Assembly: GCA_022866005.1 (NCBI GenBank)
Contig: JALHTV010000031.1
Span: 1 to 35,251 of the forward strand
DNA: 35,251 bases
DNA from: Phycisphaerae bacterium
GTDB taxonomy: Bacteria > Planctomycetota > Phycisphaerae > SM23-33
Direction: 5' to 3'
Part shown: piece after piece, positions 17,139 to 25,073 of the stretch
Layout: every line of letters starts with the position of its first letter
Numbering within the stretch: the stretch's first letter is position 1
Made by a program: the position numbers and the translations under genes
Notes under the pieces: generated by a model
Database searches by the model: none
The model's input: only the letters and a program-made list of their open reading frames with translations
What the model was told of the DNA's origin: nothing

Positions 17139-18071
17139 ATGGAATACAGAACGCTGGGCAAGACGGGCATGAAGGTCTCGATCGTGGGCTACGGGGCCTC
17201 GCCGCTGGGCAACGAGTTCGGCCCCACCGACGCCGCCGAGGGCGTCCGCGCCGTGCACCGCGCGATCGATGAGGGCATCAACTTCTTTGACGTCTCACCG
17301 TACTACGGGCGGACGCTGGCCGAGGAGCGCCTGGGGGCGGCGCTGGAGGGACGGCGGGACACGGTGTTTCTCGCGACCAAGTGTGGTCGGTACGACGCAG
17401 ACACGTTCGACTTCTCCGCCCCCAGAATCACCGCCAGCATCGAGGAATCCCTGCGTCGCCTGCGCACGGATTACGTGGACCTGCTCCAGGCCCACGACAT
17501 CGAGTTCGGCGACCGCCAGCAGATCATCGACGAGACGATCCCCGCGATGCGCAAGCTCCAGCAGGCCGGCAAGTGCCGCTGGGTGGGCATCACGGGGTAT
17601 CCCGTGAAGATGCTGGCCGACGTCGCCCGCCGCGGGGCGGTCGACACGGTCCTGTCCTACTGCCACTACAATCTGATGATCGCGGACATGGACGATCACC
17701 TCACGCCCGTCTGCAAGACCCGCAAGATCGGCCTGATCAACGCCTCGCCGCTGCACATGCGGATTCTCACCGAGAAGGGCGCCCCGGACTGGCACCCGGC
17801 GCCGCAGGCCGTCAAAGACGCGGGGCGCAAGGTCGCCGAGCTTTCCCGCGCCGCCGGGGCCGACGTCTCCGCCGTGGCCCTGCGCTTCTGCCTGGACCAT
17901 CCCACCGTCGCGACGACGCTGGTGGGCATGTCCAAGCAGCCACACGTGGAGACCAACGTCGCCGTGCTGAGCATGAAGATCGACCCGGCCCTGATGCGGC
18001 AGATCCGCCAGGCGGTCGCGCCCGTGTTCAACGCCGTCTGGCCGTCGGGCCGGCCGGAGAACTGCGACTGA
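17139..18071 (+). CDS. aldo/keto reductase (aldose 1-dehydrogenase-like, e.g. L-fucose/L-galactose/D-threo-aldose dehydrogenase class)
   Basis: The ORF opens at 16875. ATG 17139 gives the canonical AKR N-terminus [24 protein letters not shown]. Also has [18 protein letters not shown] and VDLLQAHD motifs. Confidence 0.85.
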   Translation: MEYRTLGKTGMKVSIVGYGASPLGNEFGPTDAAEGVRAVHRAIDEGINFFDVSPYYGRTLAEERLGAALEGRRDTVFLATKCGRYDADTFDFSAPRITASIEESLRRLRTDYVDLLQAHDIEFGDRQQIIDETIPAMRKLQQAGKCRWVGITGYPVKMLADVARRGAVDTVLSYCHYNLMIADMDDHLTPVCKTRKIGLINASPLHMRILTEKGAPDWHPAPQAVKDAGRKVAELSRAAGADVSAVALRFCLDHPTVATTLVGMSKQPHVETNVAVLSMKIDPALMRQIRQAVAPVFNAVWPSGRPENCD

Positions 18072-18085
18072 AAGCCGCGCGAACC

Positions 18086-18913
18086 ATGCGGATCGACGCC
18101 CACCACCACTTCTGGCGCTACAATGCTGCCGAGTATGGCTGGATCAGCGACGCGATGAGCGTACTGCGGCGGGACTTCCTGCCGGAGCACCTGGCCGCGG
18201 AGATCCGCACCGCGGGTGTGGACGGCGTGGTGAGCGTCCAGGCCCGCCAGACCGTCCAGGAAACCGCCTGGCTGCTGGAGCTGGCCGAGGAGCACGACTT
18301 CATCCGCGGCGTGGTGGGCTGGGTGCCGCTGGTCAGCCCGACCGTGGCGGACGATCTGGCCCGCTTGGCGGCCAATCGCAAGCTCAAGGCCGTCCGCCAC
18401 GTCCTCCAGGGGGAGGCGGATGACGACTACATGCTGCGGCCGGACTTCAACGCCGGCATCGCCGCGCTCAAACCGTTCGACCTGGCCTACGACATCCTGA
18501 TCTTCGAGCGGCATCTGCCGGCGACCCTGAAGCTGGTGGACCGCCACCCCAACCAAGTGTTCGTGGTGGACCACATCGCCAAGCCCCGCATCCGCGATAG
18601 CGCCCTCCAGCCGTGGAGGGACCGCATTACCGACCTTGCTCGCCGGGCCAACGTGTACTGCAAGCTCTCGGGCATGGTCACCGAGGCCGACTGGCAGCGG
18701 TGGACGCCGCAGCAGCTCCGACCTTACGCCGAAGTCGTGCTAGAAGCCTTTGGCCCGCGGCGCGTGATGTTCGGATCCGACTGGCCAGTCTGTTTGCTGG
18801 CGACTACCTACCAGCGGTGGACCGAGACGGTCGAAGGCTTCATCGCCGCTCTCTCACCGGCCGAGCAGGACCGCATCTGGTCCGCCACGGCCATCGAGGC
18901 GTACAGGCTCTAG
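18086..18913 (+). CDS. amidohydrolase-2 family protein (L-fucono-1,5-lactonase-like sugar lactonase)
   Basis: In-frame ATG at 18086 within ORF 17381..18913 gives [12 protein letters not shown], the typical N-terminus of this lactonase class. Later motifs are VVDHIAKP and MFGSDWPV. About 275 aa. Confidence 0.75.
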   Translation: MRIDAHHHFWRYNAAEYGWISDAMSVLRRDFLPEHLAAEIRTAGVDGVVSVQARQTVQETAWLLELAEEHDFIRGVVGWVPLVSPTVADDLARLAANRKLKAVRHVLQGEADDDYMLRPDFNAGIAALKPFDLAYDILIFERHLPATLKLVDRHPNQVFVVDHIAKPRIRDSALQPWRDRITDLARRANVYCKLSGMVTEADWQRWTPQQLRPYAEVVLEAFGPRRVMFGSDWPVCLLATTYQRWTETVEGFIAALSPAEQDRIWSATAIEAYRL

Positions 18914-18940
18914 ACGCTGGCTCTAGGGAGGGGTGACAGT

Positions 18941-19714
18941 ATGAAAAAGAAAGAGCGCGAGCGGAAGAAGAAAGAGCGCGAGCGATGGTACTTGAACCGG
19001 TTCAAGGAGATCTTTCCGAGCTTCCCAGAGGGGGGAATCGAAGAGAGTGAGGATCCCGATTTCCTCTTGGGCACATCTCGTGAGGGAATCGGCATTGAGA
19101 TTACGAACCTGTATCGCTCTTCCAAGAGACGGGGAGGCTCATTATTGAAGAGGCAGGACAGCTTACGGGAGCAAGTACTGCGGGAGGCAAAGCGCATATG
19201 GGATGACGAGAGCCGTGGGCCCATCTTGGTCTACGTTCATTTCAATGATGGGAAACAGCTTTGCAACGGAGGGGTCAAAGCTCTCGCCCATCGACTGGTG
19301 GAACTGGTAGGTCAGCATTCCTTGGCAGTCGGTGCGAGCGGGGTCGCTAACTGGAAATCTTTTCCTAAGGAGGGCTTGCGCGTGGCCATATACCGCCATG
19401 CCCGCATGCAAGAAAGCTACTGGCTGGCTTCCCAGTTTGTGGTCGTGCCCGCACTGAGCTTCGAGCTTGTCCAAGCGGCATTGAGAGAGAAGGATTCAAA
19501 GTGCACTGAATACAGGAAGAAATGCTCGGAACTCTGGCTTCTCCTGGTTGTCGATGGATCCAGCAAATCGTCCATGTTCTTTATCCCCGAGACCATTGCC
19601 CAAACCCCCTTTGAGGCGCAATTCGACAGGGCATTCTTGTACTGCGATTCTGACCGGAAGTACTGGCAGCTTTCCCTATCGAGGAGAGAGACTGACCGAG
19701 GCGGGAAGGCGTGA
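18941..19714 (+). CDS. hypothetical protein, compositionally foreign (low GC); weak PD-(D/E)xK-like motif
   Basis: 257-aa ORF. ATG is preceded by GGGAGGGG (18925-18932). Two 60-nt lines hand-counted at about 53% GC, versus about 70% in the adjacent lactonase gene. Charged N-terminus KKKERERKKKERER. The string EESEDPDFLLGTSREGIGIEIT resembles the E...PD...ExK core of restriction-endonuclease-fold proteins, but with T where K is expected. Confidence 0.6.
   Translation: MKKKERERKKKERERWYLNRFKEIFPSFPEGGIEESEDPDFLLGTSREGIGIEITNLYRSSKRRGGSLLKRQDSLREQVLREAKRIWDDESRGPILVYVHFNDGKQLCNGGVKALAHRLVELVGQHSLAVGASGVANWKSFPKEGLRVAIYRHARMQESYWLASQFVVVPALSFELVQAALREKDSKCTEYRKKCSELWLLLVVDGSSKSSMFFIPETIAQTPFEAQFDRAFLYCDSDRKYWQLSLSRRETDRGGKA
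18947..18984 (+). repeat. in-frame tandem duplication (21-nt period) at the 5' end of the orphan gene
   Basis: AAGAAAGAGCGCGAGCG occurs at 18947-18963 and again at 18968-18984, encoding KKERER twice. Confidence 0.9.
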
Positions 19715-19723
19715 ACGTGGACC

Positions 19724-20506
19724 CTATCTGATTTGTCCCAGGATTCGGCGGAAGGCCTCGGCGTTTTGGGCGGCTTGGGCGCGGTGGCAGTTGTTGAAGA
19801 AGGCGTAGACCCTCTGGGCGGCGGCCTCCACGGCGGCCCAATCCTTGGCAAGCTGCTTCAGCTCATGCTCGCTGTAGCTGTAGTCATACCGGGCGCCCAT
19901 GCCGCCGTACCACGCTCCGGGGTTGCGGCTGTGGAGGCGCAGGTAGGCGATTGGCGAGGTCGCGATGGGGGTGGGGCGGTACAGGCCGTCCAGAGCCGGC
20001 ACGTCGGGGACCACCATCGCGACGTTCCGCTCAGCCAGGCCCTTGGCGGTGGCCGGATGGTCCCAGGACCCGTGGCGGAACTCCACCGCCAGTGGCAGGG
20101 CCGCCAGGGCCTCCAAGGCCGCAGCGAGGTACCGCCGGGCCTCGGCCGTGCGGTGGAACGACTGGGGGAATTGGAGCAGCAACCCCACCAGCTTCCCCGA
20201 TTCCTGCATGGGGCGGACCTGCTCGACGAACTCTGCGCCCGCGGCCAGGTTGCCCTTGTGCGTCAGCTCCTGGTTGACCTTGACCCAGAACTGGAAACCC
20301 TCCGGCGCCTTGGCGCTCATGCGGGCCAGCGCCGCCCCCGGCCGGGCGTTGTAGAAGGTGAAGTTCAGCTCCACGGCCTGGAAGCGGGCGGCGTAGAGGT
20401 CGAACATGTCCTTTTGTTTCGTGCCGGGCGGGTAGACCGAGCCCACCCAGTCGGCGAAGGAGTAGCCGCTGGTGCCGACGACGTATTTGGCGTGTTCGTC
20501 TGACAT
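19724..20506 (-). CDS. DUF72 (UPF0759, YecE-like) family protein
   Basis: 260-aa ORF. N-terminal VVGTSGYSFADWVGSVYPPG ... FQAVELNFTFY and later LLQFPQSF ... AVEFRHGSW are typical of DUF72. Confidence 0.8.
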   Translation of the reverse strand: MSDEHAKYVVGTSGYSFADWVGSVYPPGTKQKDMFDLYAARFQAVELNFTFYNARPGAALARMSAKAPEGFQFWVKVNQELTHKGNLAAGAEFVEQVRPMQESGKLVGLLLQFPQSFHRTAEARRYLAAALEALAALPLAVEFRHGSWDHPATAKGLAERNVAMVVPDVPALDGLYRPTPIATSPIAYLRLHSRNPGAWYGGMGARYDYSYSEHELKQLAKDWAAVEAAAQRVYAFFNNCHRAQAAQNAEAFRRILGQIR

Positions 20507-20526
20507 TCTCTTGTCGGACTGCCGGG

Positions 20527-20558
20527 TTACCGGTTGACCGGATGACCGGACTACGGTG
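20527..20558. repeat. four tandem 8-nt units (two perfect TGACCGGA flanked by degenerate copies)
   Basis: TTACCGGT TGACCGGA TGACCGGA CTACGGTG, in the 69-nt gap between the dnaE2 stop and the DUF72 start. Confidence 0.7.
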
Positions 20559-20575
20559 GTTGCGGGTCATTGTAC

Positions 20576-23500
20576 TCATCCGGCCAGACGTTCCAGTAGC
20601 ATCCGCCGCTGGACGATGTGCGTGGCTCGCAGCGTGATCGCGTCGTACTGCTGTTCCACGATGGCGGTGACGAGGGTCGGCGCGTAGCGGCTGGGCAGCC
20701 CTTCGACAAGCTCAGGACGGCGGGCGGCGTCGGGGAAGACCGTCACCTCAAACAGGCCGAACTCGTCTTCCATCGTCAGGAAGACGATCGTCAGGTCGTT
20801 CCGCGTCCGGGCCGTCCGCATGGCCTCGGGCAGGCCGGCGATGGTCACGCGTTGCCCGATCCGGGCGGGCAGGTCGCGGCTGTCGGCGTCGGTCAGCCCT
20901 CCCAGGTGCGGGCGGCACATGGCCAGCAGGTGCTCGCCTGTGGAGAAGCCCAGGACTTTCCACTCGTCGAGATACTTTCGCAGCGCGGTGTAGTCGCCCG
21001 GTGGGTCGGGGATGATCGGCCCGGCCGCGAGCAAGTGCGTCTCGGCCCGGGCGGCGGCCCGCGACATCGGCCGAAAGAGGTTCAGCTCCATCATGAGCGT
21101 GGGCCTCTTGCGCCCGGTCCAGTCGAACGCCCCGCACAGGACCAGCGCGCGGGCCTCCTGGTGTCCCAGGTGCGTTCGGGCGAGGAAGTCGCTGAGGGTC
21201 GCAAAGGGCCGGCGGGTGCGGGCGTCGAGGAGGGTCCGCACGGTCGCCGGCCCCAGCCCGCCGACGCGGTCCAGCCCCACGCGGACGGCCGAATTCTCGA
21301 CGGTGAACTCCGCGTCGCTGCGGTTGACATCCGGGGGCAGAAAGACCACGCCCGCGCGCTTGGCCGAGGAGACGTAGACGCGGGGGTGGTACATGCTCTG
21401 ATTGTTGTTCAGCGCCGCGACGAAGAACTCCAGCGTCCAGTGACGCTTGAGATACGCCCCCGCGTATGCCAGCGCCGCGTAGCTGGCCGCATGGGCGCGG
21501 CAGAAGGAATAGGCGTTAAACTTGGCCATCTGCACCCACAGGCTCTTGGCGTAGTCGACGTCCACGCGGGCGGCGCGGCAGCGGTCCAGGAACCGCCGCG
21601 ACAGGGCCAGGCGCTGGGGGTCGTCGCGGCATTGCTGCACGGCCTTGCGGAAGGCGTCGCCCTCAGCGAGGCTGCCGCCCATCAAGGCCGCGGCCACCAG
21701 CATCACGTCGTCCTCGCAGAGCATCACGCCGTAGGTCCCCGCCAGCACCGCGTCCACCACTGGGTGGCCGGCGGGGACGGGCTCCAGCCCGCGATGGCGG
21801 CGGATGAACGTCTCCTTCATGCCGATGCTGGCCGCCCCGGGGCGGATCAGCGCGAGCGCCTTCATCACGTCGCCCACGCCCGCCGGCTGCATCATCCGCA
21901 GCAGGTTCCGCATGGCCGGGGACTCGAGCTGGTTGCACCCGACCGTGTCAGCCGAGCGCAGCAGCTCGATGGTCGGTCCGTCGGCGGGGGGGAGGTTCTC
22001 TATGTCGATTACCACGCCGCGGCGGGCCAGAAGCTGGCAGGCCGCGCGGACCGTCGAGAGGTTGCGGTTGCCCAGCAGGTCCAGCTTCACCAACCGCAAG
22101 TCCTCGACGCCGTCCTTGTCGAGCTGGGTGATGTTCACCCCCTTGGCGGCGGGCTGGATGGGCACGTAATGGTCGATGGGCTTCCGGCCGATCACGATGC
22201 CGCCGGGATGCACCGACAGGTGCCGTGGCAGATCCAGAATCCGCTGCGCCAACTGACGGATCCGCGGCAGGTCCGCCTCAGCGTCGGCCTTGCCCGCCTC
22301 CATCCGCGTGATCTGATCGTCGGACAGCCCCAGCGCCTTGGCCGTTTCGCGCAGGGCGGAACGCTGCTGGAAAGTGGCGTGCATGGAGACCATCGCCACG
22401 TGCTCCTGGCCCCAGCGGCGGAAGGCGTAGTCGATGACCTCGTCGCGCAGGCGCCAGCAGAAGTCCACGTCCAGATCGGGAAAGTCCCGCCGCCGTTCGT
22501 TGAGGAACCGCTCGAAGGGAATGTCCCACGCCAGTGGGCAGACGTTGGTGATCCCCAGCACATAGGCCACCAGGCTGCTGGCACCGCTGCCCCGCCCGGC
22601 CACGGGCGCGCCGCGATGGCGGGCGTACTGCACGATGTCGTGAACCGCCAGAAAGTACTCACAGAACCCCATCCGCTCGATCAGTGCCAGTTCCTTCTCC
22701 AGCCGCGCCGCCGTGGCCGGGGCGATCTGCCCGTAGCGGCGGTGCGCGCCGGCCTCGGCCAACTGGCGGAGGTAAGCGGCGGGGGACAGGCCGTCGGGAC
22801 AGGCAAAGTGCGGAAAGACCGGCTCTCGCGGCAGCAGCTTGAAGGCCGCGCACCGCTCGGCCAGGCGGCGGTTGTTCTGGAGGGCCTGGGGGAGCTCGGC
22901 ATACTGCCGTTTCAGTTCCGCTGCGCTGCGGAGGTGGCCCCGGGGGTGCGGCAGCTCGCGGGGTTGGATCGTCTCGAAGGTTTTTCCCAGTCGAATGGCT
23001 GTGAGCAACCGGGCGGTGTCGATGTCCTGGGCCTCGCCCAGCAACGCAGCGGCCACGGCCACGGGCGCCAGGTGCAGGTGTTCCGCGCAAGCAAGCAGCC
23101 GACAGACCTCGGCCCGGCCCTGCACGGCTGGGTCCAGGCCGACGTAGAGCCGCCGGCCATCCAGCCCAGCCGCCAGGAGCGCCTCGGCGGCGGCGGGCCG
23201 GTCGGCGATGAACACCAATCCCTGCGACAACTCCGTGATATGGGCGGGGAGGTCAAGGTCACGGCAAGCCCTCGCCGTTCGAGAAGCCCCCGCCGTCAGG
23301 CGGGGGATAGTAGGGGTTGTAGCGTTTGAAGACATCCCCGTGCTGACGCACGGGGCTTCCCCGCGGTTGGCTTCATCACGTCGCCCGTGGCCACAATGAA
23401 TGAGGGTGACGAGGCGGCAGAGGTTTTCGTAACCAGTTTCCTCTGTCACCAGCGCCACGACGCGAAGGCCGTCCGCCCCGCCGCCGGCAGAATCGGCGAC

Positions 23501-23707
23501 CAGCTCGGCGCCGAGGATTGGGGAGATTCCTGCCTCCGCGGCGAGCTTCCAGAAGACCGTCGCCCCGTAAAGGCCGTTGACGTCCGTCAGCGCCAACCGC
23601 GCGTGGCCCGCCGCGGCCGCGCGCCGCACCATCGCCTCCGCCGACTGCGTCCCGGTTAGCAGCGAATAGCCGCTGCGGACGTGCAAGGGTGTGAGGGTGT
23701 CCGGCAT
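20576..23707 (-). CDS. dnaE2: error-prone DNA polymerase, DnaE2/ImuC (Pol III alpha-like)
   Basis: 1043-aa ORF. N-terminal PHP domain (LHVRSGYSLLTGT ... LALTDVNGLYG), polymerase core (CPLAWDIPFERFLN ... DLDVDF, HPGGIVI) and a C-terminal OB-like part. Length and architecture match DnaE2 rather than replicative DnaE. It starts 6 nt after the Y-family polymerase stop. Confidence 0.9.
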   Translation of the reverse strand: MPDTLTPLHVRSGYSLLTGTQSAEAMVRRAAAAGHARLALTDVNGLYGATVFWKLAAEAGISPILGAELVADSAGGGADGLRVVALVTEETGYENLCRLVTLIHCGHGRRDEANRGEAPCVSTGMSSNATTPTIPRLTAGASRTARACRDLDLPAHITELSQGLVFIADRPAAAEALLAAGLDGRRLYVGLDPAVQGRAEVCRLLACAEHLHLAPVAVAAALLGEAQDIDTARLLTAIRLGKTFETIQPRELPHPRGHLRSAAELKRQYAELPQALQNNRRLAERCAAFKLLPREPVFPHFACPDGLSPAAYLRQLAEAGAHRRYGQIAPATAARLEKELALIERMGFCEYFLAVHDIVQYARHRGAPVAGRGSGASSLVAYVLGITNVCPLAWDIPFERFLNERRRDFPDLDVDFCWRLRDEVIDYAFRRWGQEHVAMVSMHATFQQRSALRETAKALGLSDDQITRMEAGKADAEADLPRIRQLAQRILDLPRHLSVHPGGIVIGRKPIDHYVPIQPAAKGVNITQLDKDGVEDLRLVKLDLLGNRNLSTVRAACQLLARRGVVIDIENLPPADGPTIELLRSADTVGCNQLESPAMRNLLRMMQPAGVGDVMKALALIRPGAASIGMKETFIRRHRGLEPVPAGHPVVDAVLAGTYGVMLCEDDVMLVAAALMGGSLAEGDAFRKAVQQCRDDPQRLALSRRFLDRCRAARVDVDYAKSLWVQMAKFNAYSFCRAHAASYAALAYAGAYLKRHWTLEFFVAALNNNQSMYHPRVYVSSAKRAGVVFLPPDVNRSDAEFTVENSAVRVGLDRVGGLGPATVRTLLDARTRRPFATLSDFLARTHLGHQEARALVLCGAFDWTGRKRPTLMMELNLFRPMSRAAARAETHLLAAGPIIPDPPGDYTALRKYLDEWKVLGFSTGEHLLAMCRPHLGGLTDADSRDLPARIGQRVTIAGLPEAMRTARTRNDLTIVFLTMEDEFGLFEVTVFPDAARRPELVEGLPSRYAPTLVTAIVEQQYDAITLRATHIVQRRMLLERLAG

Positions 23708-23713
23708 ACGGGC

Positions 23714-24931
23714 CTACTTTGTCAGCGACGGTGTGCGGAGCACAAAGCCGTAGTCGTCCTGCTCCAGGTGTCCCAGGAGATGAAGCGCCTCGCCCGTCAC
23801 CACGGCCGCGTGGCCGAAGCGATGGCGGATGGTGTCGATCGTGCCGTAGAGCCGCCGGCGGGCGCTTCGGTCGGGAGGCTCCATCAACCTCCCCCGCGCC
23901 GCAGCCGGGCGGAAGTGCGACAGGACGACCCCCACGTGCCGCAGCGCCACCCGCCGGCTGTGCAGGCGGTCCAGCAGACTCGACACGACGGCGAAGGCCT
24001 CGTCGTCGTTGTCGGTGGGCTCGACCAGCGTGCGGGCGCCGACGTGCTCTTTCCAGTCGTCGTAGCGCACCGTCAGCTCCACGGTCCCGACCAGCAGGTG
24101 GGCCTGGCGGGTGGTGCGCATCGCCCGCTCCAGCAGGTAGAACAGCATGCCGCGGATGGCCTCCGGCCGGCAGCAAGGCCGGTGGAAGGTGGTCTCGCGC
24201 GAGATGCTCCGGGGCGGGCGGGGGCGCGAGTGAGGTAGGGCGACGTCCCGGCCGCGGCATCGCTCGTAGAGCACCGCCCCGCGCTGGCCGAGCATCCCGA
24301 CCAGTACCGCCTGCGGAAGCTGCCGCAGGTCGGCGACGGTCTTGACGTTCAGGTCGCCCAGCAGGGCGGCGGTCTTTCCGCCGACGCCGAGCAGCTCCTC
24401 CACCGGCAGGGGGGATAGGAACGCCTCGACCTGGTCGGCGCGAATCCATCTCACGCCGCCCGGCTTGGCTGAGTGCGAGGCCATCTTGGCCAGCATGCGG
24501 TTGGCGGCCAGGCCGATGGAGACGGGCAGGTGCACCTCGGTGGCGACCTCCTCCTGGAGGCGCCGGCCCAGTGAGAGCGGATCGGTCCCGGAAAGGGCCG
24601 AGGGGGCGGGGATTTCGCCGTAGGCCTCATCCAGGTACGTCTCCAGCGACAGGCAGGTGCGGCGGCAGACGGCCCAGATTCTCTCGGCGAAGCAGCGGTA
24701 GCGCCCGTAGCGGCCGGGGAGGATCACCGCCTGCGGACACAAGCGCCGCGCCCTGGCCAGCGACATCCCCGCGTGCAGCCCCAGCCGCCGGGCCTCATAC
24801 GAGCAGGAGGCGATGCAGCCGCTGCCCACCACGACCGGCCGATGGTGCAAGGAGGGGATCAGCAACTGCTCCACCGACGCGAAAAAGGCGTCCACGTCCA
24901 CGTGAATGATAAGCGTGCAGGGACTAGGCAT
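23714..24931 (-). CDS. Y-family DNA polymerase in the ImuB position of a DnaE2 cassette, with DinB-like catalytic motifs
   Basis: 405-aa ORF. IIHVDVDAFFASVEQ, SCSYEARRLG, YLDEAYG and SIGLAANRMLAKMAS follow the DinB/Pol IV pattern. No SD is visible. The ATG lies inside a heptamer repeat tract. Confidence 0.85.
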   Translation of the reverse strand: MPSPCTLIIHVDVDAFFASVEQLLIPSLHHRPVVVGSGCIASCSYEARRLGLHAGMSLARARRLCPQAVILPGRYGRYRCFAERIWAVCRRTCLSLETYLDEAYGEIPAPSALSGTDPLSLGRRLQEEVATEVHLPVSIGLAANRMLAKMASHSAKPGGVRWIRADQVEAFLSPLPVEELLGVGGKTAALLGDLNVKTVADLRQLPQAVLVGMLGQRGAVLYERCRGRDVALPHSRPRPPRSISRETTFHRPCCRPEAIRGMLFYLLERAMRTTRQAHLLVGTVELTVRYDDWKEHVGARTLVEPTDNDDEAFAVVSSLLDRLHSRRVALRHVGVVLSHFRPAAARGRLMEPPDRSARRRLYGTIDTIRHRFGHAAVVTGEALHLLGHLEQDDYGFVLRTPSLTK

Positions 24932-24959
24932 TAGGCATCAGGCAATAGGCAATAGGTAC
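24925..24959. repeat. five tandem 7-nt units overlapping the polymerase start codon
   Basis: Plus strand reads TAGGCAT TAGGCAT CAGGCAA TAGGCAA TAGGTAC. On the coding strand these are NNTGCCT units. The fourth unit supplies the ATG (24931-24929). The third supplies an out-of-frame ATG (24938-24936) opening a 4-codon uORF, ATG CCT AAT GCC TAG. Confidence 0.85.
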
Positions 24960-25019
24960 ACAGCTTCGCCGCCACGGAGGACAAATCCGCAATCCGCGGC
25001 TCGACAAAGCTCGCCGCAG

Positions 25020-25073
25020 GCAATCCGAAATCCTCAACCTGCCTGCCGGCAGGCAGGTCCGCAATCCGAAATC
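25020..25073. repeat. 13-nt direct repeat pair flanking a 22-bp perfect palindrome
   Basis: GCAATCCGAAATC occurs at 25020-25032 and 25061-25073. TCCGCAATCCG is also at 24986-24996 and 25058-25068. AGGCAAT recurs at 24941, 24948 and 25018. Confidence 0.85.
25037..25058. promoter_or_regulatory. 22-bp perfect palindrome (operator or RNA hairpin) between the 82-aa ORF and the Y-family polymerase gene
   Basis: ACCTGCCTGCC|GGCAGGCAGGT is perfectly self-complementary. It contains TGCCT/AGGCA, the same core as the heptamer tract. Confidence 0.5.

Noticed and set aside
16896-17258. 121-codon N-terminal extension of the lyase ORF (830-aa version)
   Set aside because: The extension is R/G/H-rich and overlaps the divergent promoter region and the start of the AKR gene. 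An internal ATG at 16895 has a strong AAGGAG SD and yields a proper signal peptide.
20618-23329. 903-aa plus-strand ORF antisense to dnaE2
   Set aside because: Its length is explained by stop-codon depletion in GC-rich antisense frames. The product has no motifs, whereas the minus strand gives a full-length DnaE2.
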